DNA from: the human T2T-CHM13v2.0 reference genome, Homo sapiens | Length of the DNA: 64,000 nt | Assembly (NCBI RefSeq): GCF_009914755.1 | Contig: NC_060931.1 | Direction: 5' to 3' (one strand) | Shown here: positions 43,721 to 55,965 of the stretch, one piece after another | How the letters are laid out: each line of letters begins with the position of its first letter | How positions within the stretch are numbered: the stretch's first letter is position 1 | Position numbers and translations under genes: made by a program | Notes under the pieces: generated by a model | The model's input: the letters and a program-made list of their open reading frames with translations, nothing else | What the model was told of the DNA's origin: nothing | Databases searched by the model: none

Positions 43721-46489
43721 TCCTAGAAACCCTGTTGCTACCTCTCAACATGTATATACCTTGCTCTTTGTTTTTAAATTCCAGCCTGATGCTGCTGCTC
43801 CCTCTTCATTTCTCTGTGTGACTCAGAGGTTCCACAATTACCAAAAAATCTTACCCACACTACATGCAAAAATTAGTACATTAGCTGTAGCTTTTACTTG
43901 TGTGTCATTGATTAAGGCAATACCTGTAAGACCCCTGTTCTTTTGAGTATCTTTTCTCCGACTAAGCCACCCAATTAAATCAGTTGCTATGTTTACCTGG
44001 CAGGGGAATAGGAGCCACTGCTGTTTCCCCAGCAGTTCACAGTGTGTTATCTTCTTTGAAGCCCTGCTCTCCTGTTTATTTCCTTTGTCCTTCCCACCTG
44101 AAGTCCCTCCTGCAGCAGCTATTTGATGGTCTTGTTATCAGCCACTCTGCTCCTTTGTCTATGCCAGAAAAAAAATTATAGTAGCAGGCAGCTGTGCCCT
44201 CAGTCATGGTGGAGTGCTTACATCCTGGGATAGGTCTTCTAAATTGGGTGAGATGACATAGGCTTTCAGTTTAGCAGTGAACTTTGTGTCACATTGATGC
44301 TGCAGCCTGTTTCTAAGACTCCCCAGATGTGTGTGACAGTTCTTATTATGCTTCTCCAGAACAGGGACCCTCAACATCATGGTGTCATTTGTAGAGTTTG
44401 TTATGAGTAATTTCTTGCCAATCATAACTCAATGAAAATTGTGAAAATTATTTTTAGACATTATACCAGATTCCCATGGTATTTTGATAATTTTCTTAAG
44501 CAGAAAATTAAATGTATAAAAAGTAATTATAGTTAGCTAGCCAGGGATTGTGCTTAACATTTCATCTGCCCATGGGAACATGCGGTTCATGTGTGTCAGA
44601 GTGGAAAAATGGTGAAGTGCTTCTCCATTCGTTGGTCAATGAATGGGGTGAAGCCGTTCTACCTGGAGGCCCTAGTGTACCAGAAATGGCTTCCAAGCAA
44701 TTGGATTACCTGGTAATCCACCGCAAAGCATGTGATATAATTTACTGTGCCTAAATTTGTGCTTGATATAGAGTTCACTATTTTTATAAACAAAAGCTTA
44801 AAAGAGCACTGAAGATAATATTTACAAAGATATGTGCTGTCTGATATTTAGTGATGATGTTTACTTCTCTTTTACACAAGAAAATTCTTTGTTGCATGCT
44901 GAATGCCTCTCATACACGGTGGGGTGCCTCTGAGCTTCATACTGATCTACAAACCAACCCTGGCTCTGCAACTCGGCCACGGGCAACCTTGTAAGATCTT
45001 TTCAATATGTCCATGCACAACTGGAATCCTCTTTTTTATTTTTTAATAATCTTTGAATTGATGGAATTGCTTTTACATCATTTATGTGTTCATAATTATG
45101 GTTGCTGAAAATATATTGAAAGAAAAGAGACACCTTAGGCAACTCAGCTTCACCACTTGGTTCATGCAAAGTTAGTCAATTCCAGCTGAACATTACTTTT
45201 GGTTATAGAATAGGGGCTTTGGATTACTCTAAAATGGCATTGTTCTTCAGGAGTTAAGCATTGTAGTGTGCTGCCAAACCTATACCATTATTTTTCTTTA
45301 GAAGACAAAGGAAAGGTAAAAAGTATAATAAATTAAAAAAAAATCCCCATAGAAATGTAAAATGCATCACTACAATTTTTTCTCCTACTGAAACAATAAT
45401 AGCTTCAATGGGCCATTATCATCTGAGGCAAAGAGAATGAGACACTACCTGTCAATGAGTGTTTAGGGATTAGTTAATACACAGGCTACGTCATTGAAGC
45501 AATACATTATAACATCTCTTTCATGATGGTGACTGTCTGATGTATAAATGTTTACTTAGGGAATCATTGATGTATGTTTCATTACAATGTTAGCAGTTTT
45601 TGACATTGTGTCACCGTGTGGTTGATTACTTCTGAATCTGTGAGCTCACTTTGACTTTTCGAGCCTGGATTACTGACCCCATAAATTGTTATGGCTATTT
45701 CTAATTGTTTTAGTATGCTGTATGAAATTGACTTATGAGTTAATCATGTATCATGGGCACCGGCAAACACGGATGTGAGCCATTCCAAGGTTTCTGGAGT
45801 TATGGAGTGAATCACTGTGCAATTTCGATACCTGCTTTATGTAAACATACATGTAATTAATTATTATAACCCAGTATGGCTAATTTCAATATGTAACATG
45901 GCCTGCCTATGTAGAAAATATTATGGCATCATATAAAATAAATATTTACTGATAAATACAGGAAAATACCTAGAGCAAGGATTCTAAGTAGATACCAATA
46001 CCACTTCCAATTCTGATCTATTGGAACTAGAATCCTAATGCACCATGTTATGAGTAATTCAGAAGGTGGTACTCCCTCAGAGGAGACAGAGAAATGATGT
46101 GTTAGAAAACCTGATAAAACTGCAGGAAAGGGATGTGTGGGGAGGCAGGGATGGCAGCACACAAACATTTACTAACTTGGATTGGAATTTATTTGCAAAA
46201 AAGTCACATATTATTTGTTACCTATGTTTATTAAATATATATGGTATAACGTAGAACAGGTAATGTGTTCATTCATATAACGATACCATGTTACGTCAGC
46301 GTAGACTCAGGTTAGGAGTTGAAGGGAGCCAGTAGGACTGTATTTGTCTCTCCCCAAGTCTGTTCCCAGATTATAATAATCATGAATATTTTCTACTCCC
46401 TAAGGAGTGAGTACTGCTAGAGTCTTTCTTTAGTGGCCTTGAGACATAATGTTTGCAGAAATCATATTCAAAGAAATGTAAAACAAATA

Positions 46490-46740
46490 AAATGATGGTA
46501 CTATTAATGATGGAGGTTGAGTTTTCAGATATTTTCTGCTAGAATCCTGTACTAAGTACTTATCCTAAACTTGCCATTATTTAAACATATTGAAATTCCT
46601 TCAGGGTAAGTATATTATCAGTCTTTTACACTGATAATAAGAGAGGTAAAGACAGTTGCACAACATTGCATAGTTAGTGAGTTAGCTAGAATTTGAACCC
46701 AGAACATGGAACTAACTCCAAACCATGGTCTTTCCACTTC
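46490..46740 (-). mobile_element. MIR SINE
   Basis: tattatcagtcttttacactg...gagaggtaaag...gaatttgaacccag. Confidence 0.65.
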
Positions 46741-47064
46741 ACTCTGATTGGTTAAGGAATCTAAGTACTTTCAGGATATTTAATCCTCATTAGCCCATAT
46801 TTTAAACTGAAACCTTAATTTGGCTTTAAGGAATGAAGACCTGGAATGATTCCATACGACCTATATCCTTTTCAAAGCTCTCCTAAGTAACAGAAACTCC
46901 AGGATAGGGAATTTGGGGATAAAATACCAGTTCTGATTTCCCTTGCCATCTTTCTAAATGTTGCAGCTCCTTGGAGGGATTCTTGGCATTTATTTCAGGC
47001 CTTAGCTCTTGGAATTAGTTTAATTACAATTCAAAAGAGAGTACTTTAATGTATTTATTTTTAT

Positions 47065-47410
47065 GTACTTAGGGATCTTTATTGCAAATGAAAGGTAGGA
47101 CTTTTAGCTTCAGGCAAACTTTATTGAGTAGCTCAAATGAAGTCACCAATGACCTGATCTCTCTCCTTCTTTCCATTACGTGATATAAATGTAATCTTCA
47201 GATGCCAAATTGGGCTTCCCCATCCCTGCCCTGTGCAGCCCCTCGAGGCTCCCCTGTTACTGATCTGAGCCTCACAGTCTCACACCACACCATCTGGAGA
47301 AGGAAATTCTCTCTTCTGGTAGAAGAGAGAAACAACTTCTTTTCTATCCCAGAAAAACATCTCCTTTGGCTCTTACTGGATTACGTACCCTAAACTAATC
47401 GCTGTAATCA
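47065..47410 (-). mobile_element. Old MLT1 (K/L-like) LTR relic
   Basis: agggatctttattgcaaatga start, ttagcttcaggca, ctcaaatgaagtcacca, ccctaaactaatcgctgt. Heavily diverged. Confidence 0.4.
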
Positions 47411-47691
47411 CAGTTGACAGATAACCAGTGATATCTGGATTCTCCAGTGACAAAAAGAAAAATTTTAATTGTGTAACTAAGTGGTTTATGTGGATGTGCA
47501 CATAGACAGCTTGCTGTTTTAATAATCCTCATTATAACTGACTTGTACTGTAATGCCAGCTGAATTTTTTTCATTTTGCAGATACCAAAAAAGGTGACTC
47601 TTGAGCCCTCTAAAACAAACTATATCTGCTAGTTTGGTGTTTAGAGCTAAGCTTTCTCCTAATTCATTGGCCTAATTTTATCGTCTAAATA

Positions 47692-48052
47692 CAGTCATGT
47701 GTAGCTTAACAAAGGGGATATATCTGAGAAATGTGTCTGTAGTTGATACTGTCATTGTGCGAATATCGTAGGATGTACTTACACAAACCTAGATGGTATA
47801 GCCTACTATACCCCTAGGCTATATGGTATAGCCTACTATACCCCTAGGCTATATGGTATAGCCTATTGCTCCCAGGCCATAAACTTATACAGTATGTTAC
47901 TGTAGTGAATACTCCAGGCAACTATGACACAATGTTAAGTATTTGTGTATCTAAACATAGAAAAGGCACAGTAAAAATATGATATTATTATATTATGAGA
48001 CTATCATAAGTGCTGTTGGTTTATTGAACTCTCGTTATGTGGTACAAGACTG
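47692..48052 (+). mobile_element. Tigger3a (MER7A/Golem) MITE
   Basis: TA TSDs at 47690-47691 and 48053-48054; cagtcatg...gactg termini; tgtacttacacaaacctagatggtatagcctac core. Confidence 0.88.
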
Positions 48053-49006
48053 TACATTCACTAAACAGAATGATCTTCCTCATTCCACTCCTAGTTTTCT
48101 ATCTGGAAACAAATCTTTGAAGGAATCAAAACTTTTTACTAACAACATGATTTTTAAATAAATGATGGATTATCATAAAGCAATCAAATTTAAAATGTGA
48201 CATGCTAGAAACAAACTTGATTTTCAGAGGTCCGGATCCAAGTCATATTGTCATGCTTAGTTAAAACTTCGTCTCAAATGGAAAAAGGCTGAGCTTTTTT
48301 TCTTAAACTATTTAGTATGACTTTTGTTTTGTTTTACTTAAATATAGTTGAAAGGAACAGATCATCATAGAGAGACCAATTATCATCTCTACCACCTGCT
48401 CACCAAGAATAATTTAAATCAGGCCAATTCTGCAATGCTTATGTTTTTTTTTTTTTCTTCCCAGATAGGTACATGCTGTGCTATAACACTTCAGAAAATG
48501 TAATTTAGGTTCCAAAATAAAAAACTCAACTGAAACTGGAAAATTGTAGAAAAAAAAAAGATTCTATGAATGTAATGGTTTCTTTGATCTAATAATTTCT
48601 GGATAATATATTGGCATTGATTAATAAAACCTGATTAGGGAGGCAATAGTCATTATTCAATTCATTTAACTTAGTGGCAAAGATATATAGCTTAAAAATT
48701 ATAGACTTACAGAGAAAAAATTTAAGTGAAGAATCATTGGTATGTGATCTTTGTTCTAATTATCAAATTAAACTCTTTTAAGTGAAATGTCTTTTCATAA
48801 CCTTCAAACACTAATAATGAGTTTAACTGGAAAGAAAAAAAATTACCTGCACAGGATTTGTATGGAGGACAATGAAATGTTTTAAGTCTTTAGTTCCCTA
48901 GAAAACTTTAACTGTTTTATTATTTATAAGCTTTAAGTATTTTTGGGCATAGAATTTATCTTCACTTGCTCCCTCAAACTTGGAAGTTTTCTTACTATCC
49001 TCTAAC

Positions 49007-49215
49007 TCAAGTGTCTGTAAACTATGAGTTATGGATTATTCACCTACTTTAAAAAAAACAATTTTACTTGAACATGGCCACACTTACTAGTTTACATTGC
49101 CTATGGGTGCTTTTTCACTATACTGGCAGAAATAAGTAGTTGTGACAGAGAATGTCTGGCCCAAAAGCCTAAAATATTTACTATCACATCCATTAAGAAA
49201 AGTTTACAGACCTTG
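49007..49215 (+). mobile_element. MER58A hAT-Charlie MITE
   Basis: ttttacttgaacatggccacac...agtagttgtgacagaga...ggcccaaaagcctaaaatatttactatc...gaaaagttt. Confidence 0.8.
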
Positions 49216-51825
49216 ATCTAATTTCCCTCCAACAACTTAATATAGGGAAAGCACTTTATCTGGCAAGCTTTTATTATGAACTTCTCTGATATTTCAATTG
49301 GAGTAGTATTGTCTTAGGGTACTTAGCCAACTGTCAAAATGTGCTAAAATAAACATCCTCAAAACATCTTTGTAGAAAATGCGTGAGATCTGAAAGAAAA
49401 AACATAGCACCATTTCTTTCTTTCATATTGGTCCTTTTTTATATTTTCAAAATATATTTGACCATTGGGTGTTCCAAGTTCTAACAACATGTAAACTGGG
49501 AGAGCTGGAAGTGACACTGGCCTGGAGATCAGAAAGGGAAGCTGGCATGTGAAGTAACAAAACTGAAACTCCATACTTGAGCAGAAATTGCTCAAACAAC
49601 AACTCCTGAAAGCTTGGCTTAATGCAAGACACTCCATATATATATATTCTCCTTTTTTTTCCTTAAAAAAAAAGTGTGCCCTGGTTTATAATGGAATAGG
49701 TATACAGATAAAGAACAATAGATTAAAACTAGGAGACCTAATTTCTGGTGTTGGCTCGGTTCCTAATATTTAAATTATCAGGGCATCAGAGTTTTTATTA
49801 CATTAATAAAATGTGGTGATTTTCGAACTCAGGGTTTTTTAATTTTGGTTTGCTGCACTGTGTTCCACAGAGGCCATGATGTGTCTCATTAGCTCAGAGA
49901 TTATGAGTCTGTTTGGGAGGGGAATGAGGGAGGAGGCCCAGCCTCCAAAATCCTAATTTTGCTTGTTTGATAATTCCACTGGTGTTAGATATGTTTTATC
50001 TGAGGGAAGGGTTATTTAGTTTAGCCCTCCTACTTTCCTTCTAATACATTTATAAAAGGGGCATCTACGCTCTTTTTTTTTCTTTTAATTTTTTTTCTGT
50101 ACTGTAATAATACATTATTTATTCTTATTTTGGCAAATGAAATGATTTAAATATAAATCCTGCTAACATTATAGTTTGAATTTTGCAGATTTTCTAGTAT
50201 TTTTCCATAAACATTTTAAATGTAATGTTAATCATTCAGCACATATACTTTTATAGCATACTTTTAGAAGCTTAGCTTATATCATTTTCACTTTTTGTAT
50301 TACTACATCATCTCATAACCATAATTTTAATGGCTGTGTTTTATTTTATCAAACCACTAACTCGTGGTTTAATGTTTTGGTGAACCAATTAAGTTGCTTC
50401 CTCTTTTGTGATGCAATAAAAATCTTTATACAAATTTATGTGAATAGCCTTTTTTACAGACAGCATTATTTACTTTGAAAGAATTTTTGAGAGATGGAAG
50501 CACTGGGTTCAACAGGAAGATATATACTTCCCACCTGCTTCCTATGGATAATGTAATGATACAAATATTATTCACACATGCAACAACATACAAAGATGTC
50601 TGTACTAATTTTTAGTATCTTGTTGATCACTTTTGACATAAAGGGGTTAGAGTAAAAATTACAATAGGAATATACAAGGAGTAGTTACCAGCTTAGGAAC
50701 AGAAATGAAATGACTTTCCCTAGAACTTATGATGACTTTACTTCCCATTCTATAACAAAGTGTCTTTATCATTGACTTTTTCTTTTTAAAATATTCTGCT
50801 TTTACACCAGAATATCATACAGTCTCTCAAGTCTTCAGCCTGTTCTTTGATTCTGGAGTAAAGGCTTATTTCTTTTCATCAAGAAAAAGAATCATAGAGA
50901 TTGAACTGTCCTTTATAATTAGAATAACTTAAAAACCAGATTAGTGGATAAAAAAGAGAAATCAGTTAGGGATCTTCTTTTCTATAGCAATTGTTTAGGT
51001 GTCATTGAAATTAATATATTAACTAATATAAATTATTACTTTGTATTCATATAATTTAAAATATTTGTATAAAAACAAGTACTTTCTGTTAATCTAAATC
51101 TAAATCTAATTAATTAATATAAATCTAATTAATGTTATTGTTAATAACAACATATATTATCAATGTATGATAAAGAATAAAATTAATTTAATAAAATTAA
51201 ATGACATAGGGATATGCATGTCACAAAGACAAACGATTAACTTGTTGAAAAGTTATGTCAAAAGGTAGAATTTTTTTTTTTATATTTCAGAAAGATCTTA
51301 TGACTTTAGGAAAATTGTTGGAGCACATTTCTTGGAGGCAGTTAATTATGTTCCCTTTGCTAGTCTTAGGTGGAACAGGAGGAAGAATGATAGAATGTAG
51401 GAGAGAAGATGGGCTATTTTAAGTGAGGGTATAATCATTATAAATATCTCAGTCTCTCTGTACATTTCGTTAGCCTAGAGATTTTTTTTTCATTTTTACT
51501 TAGCTGTTCTCCTAGGAAATCAGATTATTTTATCTACAAACACAGAATTTTGTCTTCTTTCAGTTTACCAGAATATCAGAAACCATCCCTTTTAGATTAG
51601 TTGAAGATATATTTTAAACTATGACGTACAGAAATCAAATCCTAGGTATCAAGTACTGCTACACATGTAGGATATTAGCTTGTTGCAATGATTCAACCTG
51701 ATTATTGCCCTATAAAGCAGAACTTGAGCTTTTAAAATAACTCTTGTCTGAATGTTCTGTTGGGTATACTTACCTGGAGATCATTTCTTCCAGGTCATGA
51801 CATTTCAGTTCACCTAGGACTCTGC

Positions 51826-51940
51826 GGAATCAAAAAATAGCTTTTGGAGGCAACCTCATCCCTCATCCCTCACCTTTGTTTTACAGATGAAGAAACTGAG
51901 GCCTCTAAAGTATTCAGGATATAAGGCCCAAGTTCCATCT
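51826..51940 (-). mobile_element. MIR3/MIRc fragment
   Basis: ttttacagatgaagaaactgaggcct MIR core. Confidence 0.6.
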
Positions 51941-52864
51941 ACAGAGAATAATAGAGTATAGTTTCCCCAGATGTTGGTGGCATTCCCTGACTGCCTTTCA
52001 GCATTTGTCCAACACACTGACCTAGGTTAACCTGAATCTCTCTACAATGTGCTTAGGAGAGATAGAAATAACTGTTTTACAAAGCAAATATAAAACTTAA
52101 TTCTTTAAAATTGTGGTAAGAATGTTTACCATGAGATCTATCCTCTTAATAACTTTTTAAGTGTGCAAGGCAGAATTGTTAACTATATTTACAATGTTGT
52201 ATAGGAGGTAGGCAACTTATTCATCTTGCCTAACTGAAACTTTATACCTGTTGAACAGCAACCCTCCATTTCCCTCTCCCTCTACTCCTGGCAATCGTCA
52301 TTCTACTGTGCTTCTGCAAATTTGCCTATTTAAGATATCTCATGTAAGTGAAATCATGCAGCATTTGTTTTGTGACTGGCTTATTTCATTTAGCATAATA
52401 TCCTAAAAGTTCATCCATGTTATCCTATATGGCAGAATTTCCTTCTTTTTTAAGGCTTAATAAATTCCATTGTACGTATATGCTACATTTTCTTTATCTA
52501 CTCATCTGTTGATGGACATTTAGGTTGTTTCCACAACTTGGCTATTGTGAATAATCCCTCAATGACCATGGGCATGTGAATATCTCTTTGAGATTTTGAT
52601 TTCAATTCTTTTGGATAACACCCAGAAGTGGGATTGTTGGCACATATGGTTGTTCTCTTTCAATCTTTCAAAGAACCTCCATAATGTTTTCCACAGGGGC
52701 TGCACCATTAAACATTCCCACTAATAGCATATGAGTTTTCAGATTTCTCCAGATCTTTGCCTACACGTCTTTTTTTTTTTTTTTTTTTAGATAATAGCCA
52801 TCTTAAGTGATGATTAGTGATGTTGAACATCTTTTCAGATCCCTGTTGGCCACTAGTATGTCTC

Positions 52865-53175
52865 TTTTTATTTATTTTTACTTTTGTTTTTATTTTGAGA
52901 CATGGTTTCACTCTGCCACCCAGGCTGGAGTGCAGTGGTACGATCATTGCAGGCTTGAACTCCTGGGATTAAGCTATCCTCCCACCTCAGCCTCCCGAGT
53001 AGCCAGGACTACTGATGTACAGCATCTTGCTGGTCTAACTTTTTTTTTAAATTTTCCTTAAAGACAAAATATTCCATGTTGCCCAGGCTGGTCTCAAACT
53101 CCTGGACTCAAGTGATTCTCCTGTCTCTGCCTCTCAAAGTGCTAGAATTACGGGTGTGAGTCATAGCATCCAGCT
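52865..53175 (-). mobile_element. Alu (AluJo-type) inside L1
   Basis: Diverged dimer (tgaactcctgggattaagctatcctcccacctcagc); TSD core gtatgtct on both sides. Confidence 0.9.
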
Positions 53176-53675
53176 TGTATGTCTTTTTTTGAGAAATGCC
53201 TGTTCAAGTCCTTTGCCCTTTTTACTGGGTTATTTGTTTATGTGGTATTGAGTTGTAGGAGTTCTTTACATACTTTCAATATTGACTCCTTATAGGATAT
53301 ATGGCTTGCATGCATTTTCTCTCATTCCCTAGGAGGTCTTTTTATTGTGTCAATTGTTCCCTTTGGTGTGATTTTTAGTTCATTGTAGTCCACTTGTCTA
53401 TTTTTGTTTTTGTTGCCTGTACTTTTGGTGTCATATTCAAGAAATCATTGCCAAGACCAATGCTAGAAAGTTTTTTCCTTATGTTTTCTTCTATGAGTTT
53501 TATAGTTTCAGGTCTTATGTTTAAGTCTTTCATGCATTATGAGTTGATTTTTTTTTTATATATATATAGTGTAGAAGTCCAATTTCATTCTTTTGCATGT
53601 GGATATCCAGTTTTCCAAAATGACTTGTTAAACAGACTGTCCTTCCCCTTTGTGTATTCTTGGCTGTCTTGATAA

Positions 53676-54185
<510 letters not shown>

Positions 54186-54804
54186 TGAATTTTAGGATGG
54201 ATTTTTCTATTTTTGTGAAAGATGCCACTGAGATTTTGATAGAAATTGCATTAAATCTGTAGATCACTTTGGGTAGTATGAACATTTGATCAGTATTAGG
54301 TCTTCTAATCTATGAAGATGTCTTTCCATTTATTTATGTCTTCTTCAATTTTTGTCATCAGTTTTTTTTTTTTGGTCTTAATGTACAGGTCTTTTATCTC
54401 CTAGGTTAAGTTTATTTCTAAGTATTTCATTATTTTTGATGTTACTATAATGGGATTGTTTCTTAATCTCCTTTTCAGATAGTTTCTTATTAGCATTGAT
54501 AAGATTTCTTCACATTTGTTTGATCTTCATAGTATAGCACTTTTCAGCTATTGTTATATTACATACAGCTTTCTAGAAGTTGTACTATATCACATTAAGC
54601 AAATATGTTAAATTCCAAAAGAAGTCATTTTATTTATCAATTATGAGATCCCCATACATAAAATTAAGCACTATAAATCCAATTTATTTCTTCTTTTAAT
54701 TATTATGATGTAGTTTATTGAGACAGGTGGTGATTTCTGAGAGTTAAGGGGAGAAAAAAGATTCACAAGGACACGGCCTTTATTTTCTTTGCAAATTCAG
54801 CTGC

Positions 54805-55456
54805 TAATACAGGAGTTATTAAGAAATTATTTTGCAGTTAGAAAGAGTAAAAGAATCCTTGGTGGAATTTTCCTTCAATAAAAAGCAGCCTCCAAACCAT
54901 TTCTTTTCTAATATAAAGCAGCCTGAAAAGTCTAGCTGCAAGTATAGCTATGTAAGCTAGAGGCTTGCATATGTAAATGCCAGCAGCTGCACCTGGAAGC
55001 CAGGTACATTCAATATGGCGATTCCTGCTCCCTTTTCCTTGTTGCCACGTGTGTCGGGGTCATGGCGCAGGACAAGTAAAGCCATCTGTGCAGGTGTACT
55101 GGCGACCACCTGGTAGTAGCTGTATTTGCACAGTAAAAGATTAGGGTAGGAGGGCCAGTCTTTTCTCGAGCTGTGTAAATGGCACACCTGGTCAAACCAA
55201 TCCCCTGGGCCTTATGTAAATCAATCACCGCCTCTTCAAGCCTCTGTACTAAATCGATAGCGTTCCGCCCAAACGTGGAAACCCCGCCTTGGGTAACCTA
55301 CTTTCTCAACATGAGGAAGCTTTGTCTCTCTCTCCTCTTTTTTATCTGTTAAATTTTCCGTTCCTTAACCCACTCCAAGTGTGTGTTCGTGTCATTAATG
55401 ATCTTGGCGAGAGACAACGAACCATGGATATTTCCCCGGACAATGAAGCCGATTCA
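54805..55456 (+). mobile_element. MER50-family ERV1 solo LTR
   Basis: taatacaggagttattaagaaattatttt...aaaagcagcc...aaaagattagggt...aaatggcacacctggtc...ggacaatgaagccgattca. Related LTRs (MER84/LTR29) are not excluded. Confidence 0.78.
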
Positions 55457-55739
55457 CGTCTACAATATTTAGTTCACACCTCTAGTTCGATGACTTCTCT
55501 AGTTCAGTAATTTCTCCAGTTCTTCTTTTTCTTTATGCAGTTTATAGCCAAAAACATTCTTCCTTGATAGCCTTAATTCACTTACTTTGAAGTAAACCTT
55601 AAAAGTGATACTTAACCCTACATTTGTGCAGTAGGGTTCTCATTTAACACGTTAAATGATTTAGAAAAAGCAGTTGACTCGAAATTACTGCCTACTTTTT
55701 CTAAAATAATAGTAAATAAAATATCACTACATATTACAA

Positions 55740-55965
55740 ATCATAGTAACGGTGATAATGTTAGCCAATATTAATCAGTGTTTACTCTATGCTAAATATT
55801 TTGCACGTATGAATCCTCAAAGCAAACATTTTTTTGTGTATGAATACCAATATCCTCACTTTAAAAACGAGGAGACTGAGGCATGGAGATATTATAAGCT
55901 GCCCAAGGTTGCATAGCCTGGAATTGGTAGCACCACAGCTCAGACCCATGCATGCTGCCACCATT
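55740..55965 (-). mobile_element. MIR SINE
   Basis: tatcctcactttaaaaacgaggagactgaggcatggaga...gcccaaggttgcatagc. Confidence 0.75.

Noticed and set aside
47793-47865. CRISPR-like repeat array (30-bp palindromic repeats)
   Set aside because: The units are directly adjacent with no spacers, lie inside a Tigger3a, and the DNA is primate.
49828-50040. Possible hAT-Charlie MITE relic
   Set aside because: Too degenerate to assign by eye.
51766-51777. U1 snRNA gene or pseudogene (atacttacctgg)
   Set aside because: The match stops after 12 nt and is better read as a consensus donor on the minus strand.
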